A stretch of 64,000 bases of DNA from Antechinus flavipes (Eukaryota), in NCBI RefSeq assembly GCF_016432865.1, contig NC_067403.1, positions 218,240,001-218,304,000 on the forward strand. Reading direction: 5' to 3'. The stretch's first letter is position 1. Each line of letters opens with the position of its first letter. Positions 1-63,037 of the stretch are shown one piece after another. A model generated the notes under the pieces. It was not told where the DNA came from, made no database searches, and saw nothing but the letters and a program-made list of their open reading frames with translations. Made by a program: the position numbers and the translations under genes.

Positions 1-1254
1 TGTATATGCATATATATGTATGCATATATACATACATCTTCTTTCTAGTGATGGGGCTAGGAGAGAACATACTAATGTTCTTTGTCTTAACACAATCCAT
101 TAAGGAACGACTTTTATCACAATTTTTCTTGAAATTCTCAGCTACTTGATAATTTTTCTCTCATTCATAACTGTAGCCATTCATATAATTTACACAGCTT
201 CTCTGAATGATTACTTATTGAGATCTACCCTTCAGAGAAGTGGATACCAGATCCTAAAGACTGCCAATTTGAGGATTCGCTCCCCCTGCTGGCCTAAAAC
301 AACTTGCCATTTATTGACCTTCAGAATGTATCCCAAGGCCGATTGCTTTTTGGAAGTGTTTCTCCAAAATACATAGAGCATAAGGATTTTACATATCCAG
401 CAAAATGCATCAGTAATTTATTTCTTGACCTGTAGATGTCTGTTTTCATAAATTAAATGGGCCTATACACATTTTTTGTTTTCTTCCGACTGAAACTGAA
501 AGCCTTTGTTGAATACTTACACACACTCAGTTCTGAGGGCAGCACAAATTTAAGGGAAGAAAAGTGTAATTCAAATATGTATCAACAGAGTCTGTTCTAG
601 TCTTCCAGGTTTTGCTTTATTAAAAATATCACCAGTGTTTTATTTCTAGAGAAAGCAACAGCTTGTGCATGGGAATAAGGCACAAAGTCACAAATCAGTA
701 TCTTATCATCTTATCTTAGGAAAGTACTTTGAATCACTAAGGTTTAAAATATAACATGTGAAAGTCACACATGTTTAAGCTAAATGAACTTGTTAATAAC
801 AATTACAAGTAGACTTCGGCTACATTTTCAATTTTATCCTATTTTCTTTCAGAGGTTGCAACTAAATCTATTTACAAAATAACTACTGGGCTTACCCATA
901 TTAAATGGTAAAACCTAGCCAGTCCCCCCGCCCCCCCAGCATGCCGCAAACCCAAGTGAAATATGTTGTAATCTTCCCTCACTGCAACAGGGTCAGGATG
1001 GGCTGGCGTCAGCGTGCTGGGCGAGACGTGGGAGACGAGAAGTAACTTGTCAATTTTTAATAAACTCTTCCTTCCTTGCCAAATCAACTGCACTATTCTC
1101 TCTGCAAACCAATGAGATGATGACATCTTTCTAGTTGGTTTCCATAGCACCCATTCCTGAAGAGCCCCAGGATGGTCTTTTGGAAGGACTGTTCTACCTC
1201 CTCTAGAAAGTTGGCAAAGCAGCGGACTCAAAAAACCTTTCCCTCTGCCCTACG

Positions 1255-1275
1255 TGCCCTGTCCGTGGTCCTGAA
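1255..1275 (-). promoter_or_regulatory. RE1/NRSE (REST site) 1
   Basis: Minus strand TTCAGGACCACGGACAGGGCA vs consensus TTCAGCACCACGGACAGCGCC, 18/21 identical. Confidence 0.75.
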
Positions 1276-1301
1276 ATCGGGAGGCAGCGCCAGACTGAGA
1301 G

Positions 1302-1322
1302 GGAGCTGTCCCCAGTGCTGAA
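1302..1322 (-). promoter_or_regulatory. RE1/NRSE (REST site) 2
   Basis: Minus strand TTCAGCACTGGGGACAGCTCC; TTCAGCAC and GGACAGC half-sites intact at canonical spacing, 17/21 identical to consensus. Confidence 0.75.
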
Positions 1323-2041
1323 AAGCTCTCGTGCTCTGTCCAAAATTAGACCTGTTTGTCTCACTAAATCACGTTTTCGCTTTTCATTGATTCTCGTTCC
1401 AAGGAGCGTCAAGTTCTCTCTCCATCTTTACTCTCCACTACCGCATATCTGAATTGCTCCCCGTGAAGGGAGCAGAAGCTCATTTGTGAAGATGAAGCCT
1501 TAGGGTTGGCACTGCCCACCTAAGAGCTAAAACCATCCATTAATTCTCTCTCAAGCTACTCTGCTACGGAAGAGGACTAACACTGGTATCATCTTCTCTT
1601 TGCACTTATAGAAGAGCTTTATGATTTCCTCTATTTTAAAATCCTGCAGTTTTTGAAAAGAGCTTCAAAATCAGAATTAGAAATCATTTCCAAGAGGACT
1701 AACTTCCATCAAGAAGGATCTCTTCGTACCCGCCCAAATATCATGGCACTGCATGCTTCCTCTGCTACCGGATCCTCCCCTTCAAATAAGACTTTCTAAT
1801 TGTGTCTAGCAACTCTCCTATTAGGAAAGCCGTGGGTTGCATGTAGCTGTACTCCGTTATATCCCCTTTCTCTCCCTCCCTTTCACTCACATTCTTCTTC
1901 CCAGAGGTGCACCAATAGCCATTTCGCGGGGAAGGAAAGAGAGAGAGAGGGAAAAAAACACCTTAGCGATTAAGCCAATATGCGCAAGCATCGCCTTTCA
2001 TAGCTCAAACCTAGTACATTCCGGGAGCCACTGCTGCAGGG

Positions 2042-54175
<52,134 letters not shown>

Positions 54176-54784
54176 CAGAGCTAATCATTGAATCTATTTT
54201 GTAGTGTTTGTGATTAAATCCATCGTGATTGTTTGCACAAGAAATGTGGTGTAAACATGTTGATACTTATCAAAACGACAGGTCTTGCTGTACAAAAAAA
54301 AAAAAAATACAAAAACAACTTAAAAAAAAAAAAAAAAATCAATCCCATCAAGTGACTATTTGTTCAAGTACAATCTGTCCCCATTGAGACATGGCATCAC
54401 TTCCATTCAGGTCCAGCCATTTCTGCACTACACATTTTAAGATTTCCTGATCAAAACTATAGAGGCAACTAGTTTCTTCTATAGACACAAGAGCTCAAAC
54501 TCATAATCAATGAAGAAAGCACAACTATCTGGGTTGGCACATGGCACATCAAATACTCTGGTGAAAAAGCCAAAGCTACTTGATCATGAAAATGCACTTA
54601 TATATTTGCTACACTATATGGAAAATAGATATATCAACAGGACTTTGTGTTAAAGAATTCATATTTATTCAGTCAGAGGGAGGCAGTGCCTGCTGGCTGT
54701 AAGGTGAAGACTTTTGATTTCTGGCAACCCCCAGAAGTATGCTGAATAGGCAATAGATAATTCTGTAGAGTTGTGATTATATGT

Positions 54785-55030
54785 TGAGGGCTTCATGATC
54801 TAATGGGAAGAGGACTTGTCTTCCAGTCAGCAAAACCATGGTTCAAATCTTGCCTCTGACCTGTGCTGGCTATGAGACCCTGGGCAAATCCCTTAGCCTC
54901 TTAATGGCCCCAGACAACTCTCTAAGACTAAAATTTACAGCAGAGATACTGATCTACATTGATGGAGGGAGTTTCTGTGCTGGGAGTTCTCTCACACCAA
55001 TAAAATCAGAGGTCTGATTAAAAAAAAAAA
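54785..55030 (+). mobile_element. Marsupial CORE-SINE (Mar3/MIR3-Mars-like) inside the SLC17A6 3'UTR
   Basis: tRNA-like head (ggttcaaatcttgcctctgac), core (gaccctgggcaaatcccttagcctc), tail gacaactctctaagact...ggagggagtttc...accaataaaatcagaggtc, then A11. Confidence 0.75.
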
Positions 55031-55971
55031 TGTTGCAAGCTATTTGGTAAAACAGACAGGAATATCCTGGAGTTTATAATGAATGCTAGAGTTTTCAGTA
55101 TGAAAAGAAAATCTTTCCTTTTCATGTTTGAAATCTTGCAGAGTGAGGGGTATGCTTCAAGTTCTTCCATTCATTTACCTGACAGTATAAAATACTTTAC
55201 ATTTTAAAAATCTGAATTTTCATGCAGCATGTCTGATGACTTTTTCAAAGAAAAAAATAGACTTCAGTGTATTTTTATTACAACTTTGTACTGGTTGTAA
55301 AAACTCGTTAGAAAAGACATATATCCCTTTAAGAGTCTAATAAGAAATTTATTATGGAGCTATATCCCTTAAAAGATCATTTTAATGATAAAGAAAATAG
55401 AAAACAATTTAGACATTCCTCCCTTCATGATTTCCATACTGTATTAGACTCGTGCCACAAATCTCGATAGAATATAAAAATATAAACTTAATAGACAATT
55501 TTTGTTACTTTACAAGTCCCATTTTAAAATGTATTTGTCTTAAAAATAGAGGGCAATAAATAATATGATTATATCTATATACATATATGTCTATATCTAC
55601 ACATACGCACACAAAAGTAAAAGCAACAATCCTCACATATACCAAAAGCGGCATACAATTTCTGTTGGGTTTGGGAGATTGCAATTTCTACTTTCATAAA
55701 GTTGTAGAATTTTAGCACCAGGAAGAGACAGCCCGTTGGCACTTCCTACAGTAATTCAACAAGAATTGCAACATTTGTGTACCAAGCAATAAGTGCAATG
55801 CATTACAATGGGCATCATCCTTCCGTCTGTATATTATTATCTTCATTTTGCTTATTGTAGATATTTTGGATGGCTGGAATGATCAGAAAAACAAAGTGAA
55901 CACCAAATCATTTCCTAACTTTCCAAATGGTTAAGGACATTGTATTCTCAACTCAAATCCAATGATTATCA

Positions 55972-55994
55972 GTGTGTGTGTGTGTGTGTATGTA

Positions 55995-56025
<31 letters not shown>

Positions 56026-56026
56026 A
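55972..56026 (+). repeat. Compound (TG)n/(TATG)n repeat in the 3'UTR
   Basis: Direct reading. Confidence 0.9.
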
Positions 56027-56262
56027 ATAGTCCATTCTGAATTTTTTATCTGTTCATTGTATTGTGCTAGTGACTGGAGGCCTTGCTACTGCAAATATAA
56101 AACTTGAAGATTGTTTTAAAAATGCAAACCCTTCTTGACCCTAAGGAAAAAATCAGATAATCTTTTGCTTTGTGCCTCAAAGTGATGTAAAATGTGGTCA
56201 TAGCTTTTGCTGTGTTGAATGACAAGATGTGGACTGTCATCTTTGTTGCTGCAAAAAGTGTT

Positions 56263-56330
56263 AATAAAATGCTCTATTTATCCTTTTATATAAAAAAGTG
56301 CATGTCATTTTGGTTTTGTGGATTTATTTA
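56263..56330 (+). terminator. Probable main polyadenylation signal AATAAA with downstream GU/U-rich element
   Basis: gtgttAATAAAatgctctatttatcc followed about 35 nt later by catttTGGTTTTGTGGatttattt. Confidence 0.7.
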
Positions 56331-59300
56331 GGAAGTTGAACTTGGGTTCCAGTAAACCCAAGTTTAGAGATTAATTCTCTACAAACACATCTACTGAGAA
56401 ATTGTTTTCCCTTTTTGGCTGAACCTTTTTGATGGTTGATACAGAAAAGATATTATTCCTTATATATCTGTAACTAGGACAAGGTAACCAAGCTTTGTCC
56501 AGGCTGCCAGATTTAGAGGGTATTTAAAATAATTGCAGTCCCTTAGCACCTTAGAAATAGCTAAACATCTAGTTAGCAAACATAAAAGTTAAAATAGGAA
56601 ACCACCTGATGTCAGAGTCAAGGTGAGTATCTCTCTGTTTGAGCCTGTGTTCCCCTCCTTATGGCACCATCTTTTCTTTCTTCCTTGGACTCTATTCCTT
56701 ACTTATGCTGTTAAAGATTTCCATCCTATTTTTCTGGGCCTCAGTTCCTTTTTTTCTTAAATGATAGGGTTGGACAAGATGATAATTGCAGTAATTTTAT
56801 CTCTAGATCTATAATCCCATGAGTTTAAATTTACAAATTAGTCATTCATTAGCCCCACTTTGAGGAAAGCAGTTGATATGAGGTATAAGCCAAAAATCAG
56901 CATTAGAGAATATATCTGAGATGTGAATCTTAACTTAAAGTAAAATGATTTTTAAAAATTCATAGACCCAAGTTTTGGATGGTTTGGAGCTTAATGTTAT
57001 TATAACTTCCAATAGACTTTTCCAGAAACAGTCACCAGTTTCTTTTTTTTTACCCCAAATCATCCAAATGGTCTGTCTCCATAGTCCAAATTATTTTCAA
57101 TTTATATTTCATGGCTGTGTGTTTATGAGTGATTTCAGAGAACACAAACCACATTCGCCCTTGGCCTTTTGTTCAACACTTGTCTGATGCACAGATGAAA
57201 CTATTATCATAACCTTTATGAGTGTTTGGTGGCTTTCTGAAATTTAATGTAGCAATTGCTTTAAAGGAAAAAATATTTTTAAAATTCAAGGAGAAACAGA
57301 ATAATAAGCACCAGAGAATAGGGGTATATATATTAGAATAGACTTTTCCTTCTATGGGAAACTGAGAAGTCAAAAGACATTAGAATGAGATGAAATGTCA
57401 CAAAGCAAAGATTTTCTTTTTAAAAGATTATATCAGAGCCCATGCTCTGCATTTTTTATCGAAGATAAAAAAAAAAAAAGGTTTTGTTCAGTTCTTTGAA
57501 CACAGGTTAAAAATATCTGAAGTCTATAGCCATTGTTGTAAGGAGAGATTAACTCTTTCAAGCCCAAGTTACAATTCTGATTAATGCTTTAGTGGTATGA
57601 TGGCAAAATTCACTTATATGTCTCACTATGTTTTATCTGTGTCCATGCTTGATTTGCCAAATAATAATAATAATTGAGGTATGCAAAGCACTTTATATAT
57701 GTTATCTCATTTGATCATTACAACTCTGTGAAGCAGATGTTATTATTATCTCTTTTTGACAGCTGTTCAAACTAAGGCTGAAAGCAGCTCAGTGATTCTG
57801 CCCAAGTTCACACAGCAATAGAATGTAAGACCCCTGGGAGTGGGGATGGTATTGAGGTTTGTCTTTGTATCTCCAGCACCATCTCTACAAAACCCTGTTC
57901 CAAAACCTAACTCTGGCGCAAAGATGCCTCTGGGTGTGCTATACCAAACACAGTATAAGCTCTGTTGCAATGGTTTCCAACACAGGTCTGTTGTATATCA
58001 CTCTCATCACACACTCCATACTCTAACCAAATTGACTTTCTTGCTATTTTTCTTATATAACACTCTATCTTCAGTTTCTAAGCCTTCTTACTCCACATTG
58101 CCATACATCTCTTCCTCACTTTACTTTATTCCAAAGCTCAACTCAAATTTGACCTGGTACATGAGGCTTTTCCTGTTCTTGCAGCTACCTCTGTCCATCA
58201 AGCTATTTTATCTTTATTTATGTACATTTGTGTATATGTATAGATAGATAGATAGATAGATATAATCTTTATGTACATTTGTAGATATATATATATGTGT
58301 GTGTGTGTGCGTGGGGGGGTTATCACCTTCAAAACAACATCAGTTCTTTGAGAGCTGAGATGATCACTTTTATCTCAATAACCCCAATCCCTAGCACAGA
58401 GCCTGGTGTGTAGAAAGTAGGTACATAATAACTACTTATTGACTGATAAAGTCCGAGTAATAGATTTAGGTAGCTATTGGAACTACCAAGCAAAAGAATA
58501 GCCATGATGGCCAATGAAACACAGACAAATCAAAAATGGCCCTCACTTGGTCTTAGCTCCATTACTCCATCTGTATAAGTGATAGTGAGGTCTTGCACAT
58601 AGTAGGGACTTAATAAATGTTTGTCAAATGAAACTAATTTGAGAGAAAAGAGAATAATAGGTTTTTGTGAGAATGGCATTTATAGATTTTCTTCTCTTCT
58701 TTTTTTTTTTTTTTGTTTGAAGAGATTAGTTTAAGTTATCACAGGAAATATTAGAGCCAAAAAGGACATTACCATCTAACTCACATTTTTTCAAAGAAAC
58801 AGATCTAGAGAAAAAAAACTTACTTAAAAATCATACTTTAGAGTGACTGGGTATTAGAGTCATGGTTTTCTGGTTCTGAGTTTCATGGACTTTTTCTATC
58901 TATATTTTAATTTAATCTAGACTCAAAGTCTAGATTTCCTTTGAGTCTCTTTTTCAAGGTCACTCTAATTTTATCCACAAAATAATCAGGGCATAAATAT
59001 GATGCAACATAGAATCAAATAGTAATTTATAATGTAACATGAAAGAATATTAGGATAGCATGACTTGTTGACTAGCAAGGAAGTTTCAAAGATAAAAGAA
59101 ATGGATTAGAGACCCACATCTGTAATCCATGAGCAAATTTCTCTCTGTGTCTCTGTCTTTGTCTCTCCCCACTCCCTCTCTCTGCTCCAAGCAAGGTTAA
59201 GGTGAAAAGTTGTAGAATAGCTCCAGTCAATATTGATAGAGACAATTTCCCCCCTGGGAGTTTTCTATGCTAATAAAATCACAGGGCTTCCTCTGCCTGC

Positions 59301-61014
59301 TCTTCTCCCTCCCATCCACCAATGAATCATATAATCATCATATAATTATGATAACATTATATCAATCTTATATATAACTAAGGGATTGGTTCTCCATTGA
59401 AGTCCCACTCTGATGCTTCGTCATACACAGAGGTGACCAAGTTTTCAAAAGTTTTACCCCTAGAGCACAAATTCTGAAAAGCACAACTAGACAGAAAACT
59501 TCAAAAAATGCCTTTGTCTATTCCCTGTGAACTGGTCTAGCTAAATTTAAAAAGGATTATCACCAGGTTGGTCATAGGATAATGACTTGTATGGGCACAG
59601 AAAGTAGGGAAAATGAGATACCAGTTTCTTAAAAGGTTACACTCTGTCAGTAGAAGTAACATTAACATTAATGAAATCATGAGTCCTTGAAGTACCAAAG
59701 GAATCTCCTGAATGGTAAATTGAAGCTTCAGAAAGAAGGAATTTTGGCATGGGGCAAATTTATCTAGGAGGAAATGGGATTTGAACTGGTTCTTGAACAA
59801 CAGGAAGATTTGGAGAACTAGGAGGGAAAGAAATTATAGGTTAGTTCAGTGATCAAAAGATGAGAAGAAGCCTGCTGGGTTGGGAAGACCTATCTGATTA
59901 GTATGGAAAATTATGGTCAAAAAGTTGTGAAAGGTAGGATAAATTGGTAAAGAGAGGCTAGACTGTGCTGTTTCTTAAATTCCATGTGAAAGATTTTAAA
60001 TTATGATAGGTCAGAGAACCAATGGAAGTTTTGAAATAAGAAAATAAAAACATGGTGATTGTCTCTGTGGTCTGCACTCTGGAATATTACATTTCCTCAA
60101 GAGACAGTTTGTCAGAGTAGGGAGAATGATGAATTTGATATCAGAGGACCGGGGTTTGATTGCCAGTTCTACCACTAAATATGTATATAACACTTGACAA
60201 AGTGACTTCCCTTCTCTGTGTCTCAGTTTCCTCATTTTTAAAGTGAAAGTTTAGACTAGATGACCTCTCAAGTCCTTTTGTGGCTTTGTGGCTCCAAGTA
60301 TATGATTCCATTTCCCTTTTTGGATTAATTGATACCTTTAATGAAAGGAATTTAGTGAGTCCAGAATGATTTAGCTTCAGTCTTACCCTGGTATAAAAAA
60401 TGAATAAAATTAACTTTCAGTGTCATATAAAAAAAGCTGATTCTTGCTATCATGTGGAGTGATATAGAGGAGGAGGGAGAAGGAAGATGGAGAAGCAGAA
60501 TGGAGAAGTAGAATACTAGCAGTTTTCCATTCTTCATCCCAGTTCCTCCTTCTTATAATGAATGTTACTTTAGAAACTTCCTGGATATTTTGAAGACCAG
60601 TAGTTCCAACAGAAGACATGGAAGAAAGCAATGAAGGATGGGGGGAAGAAAGAATTATTGCCTCCTGGTTCCATCAGACTACATTGTCAGTTCCTTCCTG
60701 TATGTCAAGGCAGGAAAAAAAAATTACAAGCATAATCATGCTGCTTTTTTCCACCCACACAGTATTCAAGACTGAAGTAGGGACCTGGGCTATCAAAATA
60801 AGCTGAAAATAAAAAGACAAGTACATTCATCCTCTCTCTGTTACATAATGGACTAGAGTTAGCATGACCCAATTGTAACTGTCACATATACCTCTGGGGA
60901 GAGTGAAGCACACAGAATCACCATTAAATAAAAATGCTGTCTTCTTCCATTTCCCTTCTTTCAATAACCTGAGTGAGGCATCAAGGTCAAATTTGAGAAT
61001 AGGAGAAAATTTTG

Positions 61015-61080
61015 ATTCTCTCTCTCTCTCTTTCTCTCTGTCTCTGTCTCTCTCTGTTTCTCTGTGTCTCTATGTCTCTT
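61015..61080 (+). repeat. Imperfect (CT)n/(CTGT)n tract
   Basis: Direct reading. Confidence 0.85.
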
Positions 61081-62244
61081 TCCCATCCTTGTACTCCTAG
61101 CCATAATTACTTAAGAGACAACTGAGGAAAAACTGAGCTAGAACCTTAGGATCTCAAGTTACTCCAGCTTTTCAAGAGGAAAAATGGTTATTTTCCTCAA
61201 ACTGTGCCTGAATCTCTGTTTTTGTTGAATTGATGGAAGACAGGGATTTCTAGGGCACAGAGATGGCTTCCAACATCCTTGAATTCCTTTTCATTGGCTA
61301 GTTCAGGTCACCCTGTGGCAGTATATAAATGAATTAAAGTTATGGGAACATTTTTTTTTTGAGAGGAGAGTGTCTTTAATAGTATCAAATGCTTTAGAGA
61401 CCTCAAGCAGAATTATGACAAAGTAATATTGTATATAAAATGATTATTATACTAGAGATGTCTTTCTTTGTATCACCAATTCTTAACATAGTGTCTGGAA
61501 AACAGCACTCACTGACTGAAAATGAGCTATTTTGAAGACTTGAAGTCTTCCAAGAGAGCTTATACTTTCCTGTCTTCTCCAACAAATTGGTCCCTCATGA
61601 ATATGTCTACAATCTTTTCCTGTCTACTGGACATTTTCCTACTACCTAATGATATAACTATGTCTCCCTCATTCTCAAGTCATCCTCACTTAATCCATCA
61701 ATACCTATATCCACCACTTATGGGAACAAATTAAAATGGGAAAAGAACTTGACAAAAGTTCAGAAGAAACCCCCAGGTTTCAACACTGGTAATGTAACTT
61801 GCTTCCTGTGACCATGAGCAAGTGAATCAATATCTCTGAGCCTCAGTTCCTCCATCTATAAAATAAGGATAACAATCTCTGCCTACTTCACAGGGTCATT
61901 GAGAGACTATATGAAATATCTGTACCTATATGAAAGCATGATGTAAAATATAAAGTCCTACACAATGAGGCAATGCATCATAATACTAGCTGGAAGGGTT
62001 CTCCAAGGTCACTTAGTCCAATGCTTCACTTTAAAGATAAGGAACTGAGGCTTAGAGATGCTTAATGACTTCTCCAAGATCACATAGGTAGTATGACTCA
62101 GGAGCAGGATTTGATTACTATCATGATATTACCGAGTAGAGTACTATAATAACTAATATTGATTTAGCACATTACACATATTATCTCCTTTGGATTTTTC
62201 AATAGCTCTATGAATTTGATCTTCTTGGCATTATTTGAATTTTA

Positions 62245-62716
62245 TGTAATTGGCCAGCAAAAGTCCTAGATCAGTCTCAGTTGGTCTTTATTTTGACCCT
62301 GATTGGCTCAGAGTAAATATAAATGGCAATTGTTGTTTTGGCTAGAAATCCTGAGGATCTTCCCCTTCCAGATTTTCATTTATTCATTCATTTGTTTATT
62401 CATTTATTTATGACTAGGTGAAAAAAGGCTGTTCTCTGGTCATTTCTTACCCAGACTTAATCACTGAATGGGCATTGTTTCAGTCAAACAGAAACCTGTT
62501 AAATATCTTAGCTTAAAAAAGCAAAGATACCTCACTGCCTCCAGAGCTATCTCTAGTCATCTTGATCTTTATCTGGCCACTGGACCTAGATGGTTCTGGA
62601 GGAGAAAATGAGGCTTTGCACAATCCTCTCTCACTTAAATTCAATTCACTTGCATGTCATATCATCACTTCCCTGTTGTCATGATCATCTTTGAGAATGA
62701 AGGGCATTCAACAACA
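62245..62716 (+). mobile_element. Marsupial RTE-mobilised SINE (WALLSI/RTESINE-type, subfamily not determined)
   Basis: ctggccactggacctagatggttctggaggagaaaatgaggc...tcacttaaattcaattcacttgcatgtcat...gagaatgaagggcattcaacaac; (CAA)-type RTE 3' end. Confidence 0.55.
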
Positions 62717-62860
62717 AACATTTTACAGATGAGGGAGGTGATAATGATAGAGACTGAAGCATTTGACCCTGATTTTGCAATTGGTCAATGTCAGAAGCAA
62801 ATTTCAACTTAGGTCTTTCTGACTCCAAGTGTGTTCAATTCTGCTTCTGATATATGGTCT

Positions 62861-63037
62861 CTCTTTTTTTTTATGAGTCTCAAGTTTCTTCATTTATTTT
62901 TTAAATAGCTTTTTATTACAGAACATATACATGGGTAATTTCTACAACATTGTCCTTTGCACTCACTTCTGTTCCAACTTTTCCCTTCCCTCTCCTAGAT
63001 GGCAGGCAGTCCCATCCATGTTAAACATGTTAAAGTA
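62861..63037 (-). mobile_element. Very short LINE-1 3'UTR insertion
   Basis: ttttattacagaacatatacatgggtaatttctacaacattgtcctttgcactcacttctgttcc is homologous to the 3' end of the 40.3-kb L1; 13-bp direct repeat TGATATATGGTCT at 62848-62860 and 63038-63050. Confidence 0.75.

Larger units (their letters stand above)
900..2041 (+). promoter_or_regulatory. SLC17A6 promoter and 5'UTR region (TSS not determinable from sequence)
   Basis: Repeat-free and CpG-retaining relative to the flanks; GC box-like ccccgcccc near 925, CCAAT near 1110, RE1 sites; lies directly upstream of the ATG exon. Confidence 0.6.
54176..56290 (+). other. SLC17A6: SLC17A6 3'UTR (about 2.1 kb, 3' end approximate)
   Basis: Continuous with exon 12; ends after AATAAA at 56263-56268; contains one SINE, A-tracts and a TG/TATG repeat. 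Confidence 0.7.

Noticed and set aside
55856-55863. Pumilio element TGTAGATA in the 3'UTR
   Set aside because: G at position 5 is disfavoured, and a single imperfect match in an AT-rich UTR is uninformative.
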